Shown in pieces: positions 12,369-22,738 of a stretch of 64,000 nucleotides of DNA. Location: the NCBI GenBank assembly GCA_043228905.1, contig JBHGNT010000007.1, forward strand, positions 9,362,001 to 9,426,000. The letters run 5' to 3'. How positions within the stretch are numbered: the stretch's first letter is position 1; every line of letters starts with the position of its first letter. The notes below the pieces were generated by a model that was not told where the DNA came from, did no database searches, and saw only the letters and a program-made list of their open reading frames with translations. The DNA comes from Azolla caroliniana (Eukaryota > Plantae > Polypodiophyta). The translations under genes were made by a program, and so were the position numbers.

Positions 12369-13513
12369 ATAAACAACAGAGCACGCGAGCGGTTACAACC
12401 GAACAGGCTGGAGAACAGATGTCGATGCTTGCTCGTCTGCGCACGAAAGGGGATAGGATGGAGGTGCTGCCGGAAGCACACGGGCGTTCCTCGAAGCAGC
12501 GCGAGCCTCCCGAAAACCTGCAGAGAAGAGCGATGGACAACGAACAGAGGAGAAGCGTTCGGTTTCGGTCCGACAACACTTCGTCCTCCTCAATATCTCT
12601 TATCTCCCCGCATCTCCCTCTCTTTTATAGCTTCAAGAAGGGAGCCGTTTCCCTCATTAACTTCCTACCTACCGATTCTAACTACCTAGGATATACCCTT
12701 GTACCTAATTCTCTATTATACACATTAAAGGGCGCGCATGCGTGAAGAGTCGGTTCACGCGCGCTATGCATCGATTGCGCTAAGGGACGGTTTTCTTCAC
12801 GACATCCGCCCCCACCTAACCGCGCATCCACCGGTATGCGCCAAAATTGGGTTCTGGTTGGAGAAAACCGGTCCGGGTTCCGGTTCCTCGTCCATCGGTT
12901 CGTCCTCCGTTTCGGACTGTTCGTAGTCGCTGTCCAAGCCTCTTAGATCAGGTTCGCCGTCGTGGCGCTTCTTGAACGCTTTGATCCGCTTCCCTGCTAC
13001 CGGTATCGCCATCCTTGTACCGTCGAGTTCCGCCAGGTGATACGTCCCGTTGTCGTTGGCGCTCGTTACCACGTAAGGCCCGAACCACCGCTTTGCAAAC
13101 TTCCGTGTTGCCCGGTGCTGGTTGTCGAGGCTGATGTCGTAGACTAGCACCCAGTCGTCTTCCTCGATTTTCTTTGGTCGGAGCCGGTGCGTTCGGTCGA
13201 ACCGGGCTTTGTTCCTCATCCTCGCCGTCCGAAGTCTCTCCACCGCTCGTTCCACGTCCTCTGGCCTCCGCTCGAGCTGCCGTATACGCGTAGCAAGCAG
13301 TTCTTCCCGGCTCATCTAGTCTCTCTAGTCCACTGTCGCCCAAGAGGAGATCGTCCGTTCCATCGGCATGATTGGCTTCTGTCCGAACATGAGCTCTGAC
13401 GGCATGAACCTGGTTACCGAACTGTGCATTGTCCGGTCCGCCCACAAGGCATAAGGTAACAGTCGTGGCCAGTTCCCGACCTGGCCTCCGCACGCCCGGA
13501 CCAGCGCTTTGAC
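12369..13513 (-). mobile_element. Inverted block: integrase C-terminus, PPT (12805-12821) and 5' part of the 3' LTR (12804-12369)
   Basis: Minus strand reads VKALVRAC..WPRLLPYALWADR..WFGPYVV; GGTTAGGTGGGGGCGGA precedes TGTCGTGAAG. Confidence 0.88.
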
Positions 13514-13949
13514 ACTCGGTTACGTATGAGCAAAGAAACACAGGGACACGGCCCTGTCAACGCAGAAGACACGAATGGACACACAGACAGAAAGACACGA
13601 ATGTTTGTATATTAATGAATGACAAATAAACAATAGAGCACGAGAGCGATTACAACCGAACAAGCCGGCGAACAGATGTCGATGCGTGCTCGTCTGCGCA
13701 CGAAAGGGGATAGGATGGAGGTGCTGCCGGAAGCACACGGGCGTTCCTCGAAGCAGCGCGAGCCTCCCGAAAACCTGCAGAGAAGAGCGATGGAGAACGA
13801 ACAGAGGAGAAGCGTTCGGTTTCGGTCCGACAACACTTCGTCCTCCTCAATATCTCTTATCTCCCCGTGTCCTTCCCGTGCTCTTTGGTTCGAGACCCCG
13901 GTGGTCCCGCCTCGTTTCTCCACGCACGCGCGTAGTAACGCGACATCTT

Positions 13950-13967
13950 TGGTGAACCCGACGTGAA
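13950..13967 (+). promoter_or_regulatory. Primer binding site, tRNA-Trp
   Basis: TGGTGAACCCGACGTGAA, 4 nt after the LTR end at 13945; complementary to the 3' 18 nt of plant cytosolic tRNA-Trp as recalled (..TTCACGTCGGGTTCACCA). Confidence 0.85.
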
Positions 13968-13989
13968 CAAGGTGGCAGAGGAGCAGAAG

Positions 13990-16116
13990 ATGAGGGGGTT
14001 GGATCTTGCAGAGGCCATGGCTTCGGCCATAGACCGGATAGTGAGCGCGCGCGAGGGCACCGGCGCCCTTGACAGGGCTATTGAGGCAATCGTTGGTACG
14101 ATCAGCCGGTTCAGTGGAAAGGATGCCACGAGTTATTTGGCGTCCTACCGGGCGGAGATGTTGATGAGGGATATTCCGGAAGAGAGGCGTCTTGCCGGAT
14201 TCCCTCGAGTGGCGATGCCGTGCGTCCATGCGGAGGTGCTCGAGGTTCGGGCGGAGAGCCAAACCTGGGAGGAGTTCGAAGGACGGCTCCTGGAGAAATA
14301 CGAGTTGGATGACGCGCTTCGACTTTCGAAGCGGGGCTTCATGGAGTGGGTGGAGTCCCCCAACAAAGGAAGAAATGCATCGGTACTCCTCCGGGAGTTT
14401 GAGGAACGCTTTGCGCGCCTTTCGGTGCTCGATCGGACCGTTCTGGACACAAGTTGTGTCCTACTGTTTGTCAAATTGGTTGACGCACGGGATCGGGAGC
14501 AAGTGGGCTCCTTACTGGAAACCGAAGACAGGCTAACGGCCGACTGGGCCACGGTAAAAAGAGTCTGCGGCCGTTTTGACAAACGGTGGGAGTGGGCTGA
14601 TACAGGGGCGACCGGGGCAGGTCCTGTCGCAGCAAGGAAGCTCGAACCGATACCACAAGCGCGAAGGGAAGAGACCCGGGAGTGGCTCGAAACCGGTTCG
14701 GCTTCGACCGGCATGGTCAGAGGCTGGTCCGGGGGAACATCTTTGGAGGAGTTGACACGGGCGGTAAAGGATCTCCACATCGCCCAGGCTCGGAGGGAAG
14801 GCGGCGAACAGGCTCGTGACCGACGGCCTCCGGTAGGAAATAGGTGCATGTGGTGCGACGAGGTCGGCCACATCCGGAAATACTGCGGGGACTTTGCGGA
14901 GGCTTTGAGAAGCTGGGTAGTGTACCTGTGGGAAGGTCGGGTGCACGCAAGCGATACCCGGAGGGCCCTGAACCGAAACGACGGGCGAGGAGGAATGAAA
15001 AGGCTGATGGAAGAGGCGGCGGCCCGGCACGCGGAGACCGTCCACTACTCGGCGTCAGCCAGTATTCGGGTCGGAGGCAGCGAGGCTCGGAAGGAGAGCA
15101 AAGCCGGGTTCTGGCCGACGATGCTGGAAGGCCTCGCCGGTGCCCGACTAAGGAAAGACGAGGCGAACCGCGCGGAGAAGCGGGTCTAGGAGGTAATCGG
15201 GTGGAGTGACCCGGTCGAAGAAAAGACGGGTTTCGTCGAAGCAGCTTGCGAGAACTAAGAAGCTCTGGTTGAAGACAAACGGGTAGGAAAAACCGGAGGG
15301 GCCGGACCCTCACAGAGATACGAAACCCGATTCGGTCTGAAACGGAACGAGGCCGGTGAGACCAGTGCCCGGGATAACCACAAGAAGGGCGGATACCGGT
15401 TAGGCACGGATATCGAAAGGACCACGGACCTACGAAAGGTCCTGGAAGAACGAATCCTCGACAGCAAGGTGGAACTGTCGTTGCGGGAGGTGCTCGGAAT
15501 CACCAAGAAGGAGTTCCACGACTCCATCGTAGACTTGGTGAAGAGGAAGAGGCTGTCGACGGAGGCAGAACCGGAAAGGCCGGTGGAGGTGCAGACGACG
15601 CACATAGAGGACATGGCGCTGGAAGACAAGTGGGCAGAGAGCCACTATTCGAGGCCACACTAGGCCCGAGCGACCACGGAAACCCCGGTGAAGATCGGAG
15701 ATGTTCAGGAACCGGTGATGGCGTTGGTGGACCACGGTTCGGAAATAAACATGATGTCCATGGACTTCTACAAGAAGGGGAAATGGCCGGTCAACACCAA
15801 GCACGAGTGGAAGATAAGGGCGGCGACGCACGCCACCGAGGAACTACACGGGGCCTGCCCAAACGTGCGAGTCAAGATCGGCGACATCGAGATAGACCAG
15901 CACTTCTTTGTGCAGGAGACGTCCTCGCACCCAGTCATACTGGGAGAACCGTACATTACGGCAGCACGGATGGAGACCAAGGTGCTGGACAACGGGTCGG
16001 CTTACACAAGGGTCAAGAGTCAAGACGGGCGTCATTCGGTCCAGTTCCTGACGGTGCGACCGAACCACGAGCGAAACCGCGAGTCCCTCGGTGGCGAGAA
16101 CCGAGAGGATTTTTAG
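13990..16116 (+). pseudogene. gag-protease ORF with three premature stops
   Basis: Zinc knuckle CMWCDEVGHIRKYC and protease ALVDHGSEINMM in one frame; stops at 15187, 15256 and 15661. Confidence 0.88.
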
Positions 16117-16171
16117 AGAGGGTTGTCAAGGCATGGGGCCGCGATAGTCCGGACACTCCGGGAAAACCCCA
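16107..16171 (+). promoter_or_regulatory. Putative -1 ribosomal frameshift signal
   Basis: G GAT TTT, 6-nt spacer, stem GGGTTGTC/GATAGTCC, loop TGGGG can pair with CCCCA (16167-16171). Confidence 0.7.
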
Positions 16172-18887
16172 CAAATGTACGATAGAGGCGAAACCGAAGA
16201 AACCTTGTACCATAAGTAGGAAGTTTTGTTTCTCCAACAACGGAGGGTGTACGATAGTCGGCGTCGTTGGCCGAGAAAAGACAAGGGCGGAAGAGCGACT
16301 TCGGGCGTGCGGAGTTCTCGGGTCCATCGAGGAAATCAACGGAACCGTGGAGGCGGTCTCCTTCCACGACACCTTGGGAATACTGCGAGAGGTGGTCGGA
16401 GAGGGCCTTAAAGAGGACCGGACGATACCGGTTTGTTAAGAAGAGATGTACGAAGTCATCGCGGACTTCAGTCGGGGGCTCGAGTCGGATCGGACGGCCC
16501 GGGTTAACACGAAGTACAAGACTGTGGACCGGAAGGTAAGGCCAGTCGCGGCACCCTTACCGGAGGGCAGCGAGTTGCGAATCAAGGGGGTCGCGTCGGA
16601 CCCCAGTTTATGAGATCCGGCCTGCATAGGACACACCTTCACCGACAGAACGCTACGGGAGCTCAAAATCAGTGGGGGCGGGTTCCTACTACCGGCGGAA
16701 GAAGACCGGTTTCGAAGAATGCTCGGAAGGCACGGGAAAGCCTTCGCATTCTCACCGGAGGAGATCGGGTGCGTAGACCCGGCAGTCGTGAAGCCGATGG
16801 TGATATTCATGGTACCGCATGTGGCGTGGAATCTCAAACCAATTCCGGTACCGAGAGCTCACATCCTGGAGCTGATGGAACTGTTGAGGCAGAAAGTCGA
16901 TATGGGCATCCTCGAACCGTCTAGTGCCCCGTACTCGAACCAGTGGTTTACCGTACCGAAGAAGAACGGGACGTTGCGCTTCATTCAAGACCTGCAACCG
17001 GTCAACAGAGTGACCATTCGGAATGCAGGAATCGGACCAACGATAGACGAGTTCGCGGAGGCCTTCGCCGGAAGGTTGATCTACTCGGTCGGTGATCTGT
17101 ACTCAGGGTACGATCAGTTCCAACTAGCCGTAGAGAGCAGAGACATTACGACGATGCGGACTCCTCTCGGCCTAGTGCGGATGTGTACCCTGCCACAAGG
17201 AGGGACGAACTCCGTGGCCCACATGGTGAATGCGATGAACAAGGTGCTGAGGGATTGTATCCTGGACATCACCATGCCATTCTTGGACGACATCTCGATC
17301 AAGGGATGTCCGGTGGAGGAAAGGGACGAAACGATTGGACCGGACGGATGCCGGAAATTCGTGGCGACACACATCGACGACTGCGAGAGGGTGCTGCAGA
17401 GGCTAGAGGACGCAAGGCTCACCTTCTCCGGGGAGAAATCGGCCTTCGGGCAATCAGAGATCATGGTCGTCGGACATCTATGCAGACCGTATGGCCGGAA
17501 ACCATCTCCGGCTAAGGTGGAAGCCATCTCCGCAATGAAGCCCGACTGTAACTCGGTGACGGAGGTACGGAGGTTCTCGGGAGCATGCGCGTTCTACCAC
17601 ATATGGATCCCGCATTACGCCCACGTTCCTGAGCCGCTATACGGGTTGCTGAAAAAGGGGCGAAGATTCGAGTGGCGAGACGAGCATACGGAGTCGGTCC
17701 GAAAGATGAAGGAGGCTCTTGTTGCAGCTCCGGCACTCCGGAAGGCTGTCTACGAGAAAGGCACTCCCATCTACATAACGGTAGATACAAGTCCGACCGG
17801 GATCGAATGGGTCGTCAACCAAGAAGATGAGGACGGCATTCGGTTCCCAATCTGGTTCGGTGCAAAGGTCCTCAGCGAGCGACAGCGAGGATACGCCCAG
17901 GTTAAACGCGAACTCTTGGGTATCGTTTCGGCGGTGAAGGCCGATAAAGACTATCGGATCGGGACAGAGGCGATTATCGAGACGGACTGCCTGCCGATTC
18001 TCGGCATGGTTTCCGGATGCGCAACCCCGGACCTGGCAATGCTCAGGTGGATAGTGTACATCAAGTCCCTGGATCCGGAAATACGACACATTTCCGGGAA
18101 AGACAATGCATGGCCGACATGCTTTCGAGGGCGCGATTCGACGACGAGGACGGCATGGTTTCAGAGGACGAGGAAGTCGGCGTAGACTTCTTCGAGGCGG
18201 CTTACGTGACAACCGAGGGGGGGAGCACTCCGACGCTTAACGATTTCAACGAGAGCAAGTACGACGGGGAGTGGCTGCAGATTGGGGGATTCTTGAGGAC
18301 GATGACGTCGGACGCGTCACGGACAAAGAACGAGGCCAACCGGATCCGGAAGAAAGCATACCGATTGTTTCTCCAGGACGGATACTTGTGGAAGCACCCG
18401 AAGAAGAGAAACGGCATCCCGCTCCGAGTAGTGTGATGGAGGAGGAACAGGAGGAGTTGCTGAAGGCCTACCACGACAGCCCCTGGGCTGGACACCGTGG
18501 GACGTGGGCCACGTTCGAGAAACTAAAGGGGAAGTACTGGTGGCCGGGACTGTACCGGGACGTGCATCGGTTCGTGACAACTTGTCAAAGCTGTCAGATA
18601 CACTCCATAGTCCGACATCGGGACGAGCTTCACCCTACATACCCTCCGGCCATCCACTTCAAATGGATGGTAGATTTGGTGACGATGCCGATGGGCGTAG
18701 GGCAGATGCGATATCTGGTGCTGGCCCGGGAGGACCTGACGAACCAGGTGGAAGGCCGAGCCCTACAGAACAAAACGACCACGGTCGTGTGTCGGTTCCT
18801 GATCGAGGACGTGATATGCCGGTGCGGGTGCGTCGGGAAGATCGTGGTTGACCGCGGGGAGTTGGACGCCGAAGAGGCCGAGGAGCT
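16107..18887 (+). pseudogene. pol (RT, RNase H, N-terminal integrase), disrupted
   Basis: ORF 16719-18185 (FLDDISIKG, VDTSPTG), integrase HHCC and DRGE; breaks into LTR sequence at 18888. Confidence 0.92.
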
Positions 18888-19094
18888 GATTAATATACAA
18901 ACATTCGTGTCTCTCTGTCTCTGTGTCCATTCGTGTCTTCTGCGTTGACAGGATCGTGTCCCTGTGTTTCTTTGCTCATACGTAACCGAGCGTCTCTCTC
19001 TTTCTCTTTCCCCTTCTATCACCTGCTCTTTGGTTCGAGACCCCGATGGTCCCGCCTCGTTTCTCCACGCACGCACGTAGTAACGCGACAGCGG

Positions 19095-21219
19095 CAGCCG
19101 GAAGCGGCCAACGGATGCGCAGGAGGAACCACCGGCACGGCCCGTAAAGGTTACACTCCGCCGACCGGTGAATAGAGAAGCAAACCCCTTGGCGGAAAAA
19201 CTCAGTGCCGGGACTCAGGAAGAGGAAATAGAGGAGGAGCCTACAGAGCACCTCCAGCGACGGTCGTCGGCAAGGACCGTTGAGGCAGCCGGGAAACGTT
19301 CGGACCCTCAGACGGAGGGAACACCGGCTCCCCATACTAAGACTCCCACGCCAAGGAAGGAACCGGAACCGGTGCGCATGGCACCGGAATCAGAAGCCCC
19401 GGCACCACCGGCACCACCGGCAACACCGGCAAGTCCCATCCCGCCAGAGCCGGAAAGGTCAATGCAGCCTCCCTCGGCCAGCCAAGAAGAAGCGCAAGGG
19501 GAACCAGGACAGCAGGGTGGTCCACGGGCAAAAATGGAACTGCAACTCGGTGCATCCAGGCGGGACCACCCATCTACAAGTGAGCCCATCTGTCAAACCT
19601 CCGTGCAAGCACAACAAGGCACCGGTAGCCTGTGGCTCCGGTGGATAGGCGAACAGAGAGCCGGAGCAGTGGGGTATATTGAGGCGGAAGAAAGAGCGCA
19701 AAGCGAACGGTTGCTCGTCACAACCGAACAACTAGAGACGGCCCGGTCCAGAATCCGGTGCCTTGAAAAAGACTTGGATCAGGTCACGACAGAGATGGCC
19801 AAAATGGCCTTTACGGCAACACAGATCCAATCACCGGTGACTCTGGTAAGTGTACAGAATAAAGAAACGGATCGACCTGTACATACCAATAAGACCCCGG
19901 CAACGGAAACCGTTCCGGCGAGAGATGCGACGCAAGTCCAGGAGCTTGCGGAATTGAGAGATGAACTTGCCGCACAAGAAGCGCTAAGGAGCCGTGAACA
20001 GGAATTGAAGACAGCGGCCGAAGCCGAATTAAAGAAGACTGTTGAGAACCTCCGCCGGGCAGAGGAGAGCCTCCGGAAAGGCCATCAAGCGTACGACCAG
20101 CGAAAGGAGGAAAAAGACAAAGTGCTGCAGGAAAAGGACAAGCTGCGGAAGACGGCGGAAACGGAAATTGAACGGCTAAAGGAAGAGCTCCGCCAGCAGA
20201 AGGACCGCGAGGACTGGGCCCGTCGACAAATCAACGCACGGCTCAAGCAAAAGACAGATGATTTTGAGCACCTGCACCGGGACTACAAACGGCTGGAAAT
20301 GGAGCATAAGGAACGGATGGCCGAGCTCCAGCAGGAAGTTGATCGGGCCGCGACGGCGATCGCCGACGAACGTGCGGAAAATACAAGATGCTTGGACGAG
20401 GCGGAAAAGGTCCGGATGGAGCTCCAGAGGCAGCAGCAGGAAGAAAAAGAGAGAGCGTCAACAGTATTGCAGAAATTACAAAGCACATATCAAAGGCAAT
20501 TGATGCATTACAAGGCGCAGGCGGAAGACAACGTCAAAATCATCAAGCAACTGAAGGAGGAACGGCAAGCGGCGGAAACCAAATCGCAATTGGGAATAGG
20601 CCGGATTCAGTCCATCCTCCGGGCATGGCTGAATCAGACAAAACACTTGATTGATGAAAGCTCCATAAGGTGGTGGACAAAGTGGGCACAAAACGCGGCG
20701 GAACTCCAATTGCTACGGGCAGACGTGGCAAACTAGCGGAAGGAAGGAGATGATTGTTATACGTTGACTTCCGAGGACTTCACCGCCATACGTGACGAGC
20801 TGGCTGATGACTTTCAAGTCTTGGCGGATGAACAGCTGGCGCAGGTCAGGCAGCTCGTAGCTAAGCTAGATGATGATAGGCTGGACGCTCAAATCCAGTT
20901 TGAAAGCGACGAGCGATCCCGGGTTCGGGAAGAAAAAGCACGGGAAGCGGCAACGGTTAACCTTAGTGATGAGGAACCGTCGCCGGCTGAGGGCCAGCCC
21001 GGAACCAGTCAACCGGAGACCACTATGACGAAGGGAGCAACGACGGAGACGCCGGTGTTAGAGCAACAAACGGAGGAGGAGCCGCAGCAGCCATCAACGG
21101 ACCCTTCGCAGCAGACGTCAACAGAGCAGCAACAGCAACAACAACAGCAACAACCAATTCTAGATGAACCATTGGAGACTCTCGAACAAAGCATTCTGAA
21201 TATTTTGGACGAAGAATAG
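19095..21219 (+). pseudogene. C-terminal part of extra ORF: Pro-rich linker, long coiled coil, poly-Q tail
   Basis: ORFs 19168-20736 and 20764-21219 are in the same frame, separated by one TAG; E/K/R/Q-rich heptad pattern. Confidence 0.75.
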
Positions 21220-21228
21220 CAAGGGTCG

Positions 21229-21271
21229 GTTGTGGATTCGACGTACAAGGTACTGTCCCACGGGCGTGCCA
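21229..21271 (+). other. tRNA-Arg 3'-half-like sequence (inverted PBS) at the expected PPT position
   Basis: GTTGTGGATTCGA[CGTACAAGGTACT]GTCCCACGGGCGTGCCA ends 2 nt before the 3' LTR; no purine tract there. Confidence 0.7.
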
Positions 21272-21273
21272 TG

Positions 21274-21708
21274 TGTTACCGGCCGGCAACGGAGTCCAGA
21301 GTGGGAAACGGAGAGTTATTTAAGTAGTAGGAATGTGGTTGTAATTAAGCTATGAGTGTGGACGGACGGACCTGAATCGGTATGCCGTTCCGGATCCGGA
21401 CCGATCCCGAACAGGTGCGGATGGCACCGTTTTGTAATACAGACCAGAAACCTATTTAAAGGCCCAGATACAATGTAATGAATAGCAGTTAATTAATAAA
21501 AGCTTCGCGTTGTTATCTCTCTGTGTTAATTGTCGTTCTGCCTTAATTGTTATATCTTATGCGTGTGATTAGGAAAGACGATCATGCTAAGTAACTTAAT
21601 TAAGTCGGATTAAGCGTTGAGTCTAATCCGGTTGCTGTAACACCCTTTGGTGAAGTGTCTTCCGTAGACACCCTGTGTTAGGCCATTGTCCGGCCCTAAG
21701 AGTTAACA
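21274..21708 (+). mobile_element. 3' LTR of the Athila/Tat-like element
   Basis: TGTTA...TAACA ends; CCTATTTAAA TATA-like at 21451; AATAAA near 21495; homologous to 30225-30672. Confidence 0.88.
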
Positions 21709-22200
21709 CTTGTCGGCATCTGCTTTGGTGTTGGCCTTTTGTTCAAATGGGTTCTTGGGCATGGGTCCTTCGTACGGCTTTAGTTGAAACCCGTTGACCC
21801 AGTTACCCAGAACCTCGCCGGCGAGTGTCCCTAACTGGTAGGATCCATTGAACTTGCGTGTGATCCAGTACGGTCCGGTCCACCGAAACCGTAGTTTCCC
21901 CGGCATCTTTCCCATCCGGGTCTGGAACACTAGTACCGTCTTGCCAATTCCAAACATCTTTTCATTTCCTTTTCGGTGGCGATCCACAACCGCCTTTCTT
22001 CGTCGTTGCTCCAGTTCCAAGTGCATGATACTCGTTAGTCGATGTTCTTCTAGTTCACATAGAGCTGCTCACCGAATTGCCTCCGATTCCTTCTCGTTTA
22101 ACCGTTCCCTAATCTGAATCCGTAAGCTCTGGACCTGGAACTCTACTGGCATGACGGCCTCCAATCCGAATGCTAGCCGGAACGGTGTGGTTTGGATGCT
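21709..22200 (-). pseudogene. Integrase C-terminal fragment of a related Athila/Tat-like element
   Basis: TTPFRLAFGLEAVMPVEF..LRFRWTGPYW; close homolog of 10630-11100. Confidence 0.9.
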
Positions 22201-22393
22201 TGTTGTAGGTTTTAGGGTTAGGGTTAATGATGATAATGATAAAGATAGGAATAGGGTTAACAATCATGGTAGATTGATAATGTATGTGTGATGATGATGG
22301 TGAGAGATCATGAAGAACAACACAAGCATTGAGGGGTGGGGGGTGGTGCCTAGAATGGCTCCACCCCCCTCCCAAGGGGGTTCAACGTAAGGG

Positions 22394-22424
<31 letters not shown>

Positions 22425-22692
22425 TGATTATATGTTTCATTCATTCCCCATAAGGGGTTAAATAGTACAAGTGGGGGTAGATACATAGGGGTGTAAGCCC
22501 CCTAAGCATTCATACTGGACACTCACTCACACCTCCTCGTATCCATCCACATGCACACACGTGTGCATGTGTTCACATACGTATAGACTCACAATTACAT
22601 TTATGCCCCCTACACATACACAACAACATCATGATAACATTCGACCCTCTCTCATCACACTTGACTCTCCGTACATCTCGTACAGGGTAACA
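22201..22692 (-). mobile_element. 3' LTR of a second Athila/Tat-like family
   Basis: Minus strand TGTTACC...CAACA, TATA-like CTATTTAA, (CT)n tract; inserted in integrase coding sequence. Confidence 0.75.
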
Positions 22693-22697
22693 CAATA

Positions 22698-22738
22698 TGG
22701 CATGCCCGTGGGAGAGTGCATTGCACGTCGATCCCACA
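22698..22738 (-). other. Second tRNA-Arg 3'-half-like sequence (inverted PBS) at the PPT position
   Basis: Minus strand TGTGGGATCGA[CGTGCAATGCACT]CTCCCACGGGCATGCCA ends 5 nt before the LTR. Confidence 0.7.

Larger units (their letters stand above)
12282..19090 (+). mobile_element. Ty3/gypsy element (same lineage as 1-4593), internally rearranged
   Basis: Termini TGTCG...CGACA; probable 4-bp TSD GTGG/GCGG; PBS; gag-PR; pol; inverted integrase-PPT-LTR block. Confidence 0.88.
7103..21708 (+). mobile_element. 5'-truncated Athila/Tat-like (non-chromoviral) gypsy element with pol, extra ORF and 3' LTR; hosts two nested insertions
   Basis: RT DVFAWSYEDM..RVCVDYRKLN..LDGFSGYNQI, RNase H, HHCC/DDE integrase, 3' LTR 21274-21708; no chromodomain or additional archaeal-type RNase H recognised. 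Confidence 0.85.

Noticed and set aside
13612-15313. Several long antisense or alternative-frame ORFs over gag
   Set aside because: Shadow ORFs expected in GC-rich coding DNA; no recognisable motifs.
19168-20736. Host myosin/SMC-like or Env gene
   Set aside because: It lies between pol and the 3' LTR without introns and has no motor, ATPase or transmembrane motif; treated as a retroelement extra ORF.
22229-22263. TAGGGT/TTTAGGG-like units as an interstitial telomere
   Set aside because: Only two to three irregular units at 22211-22225 and 22252-22258 inside an LTR end.
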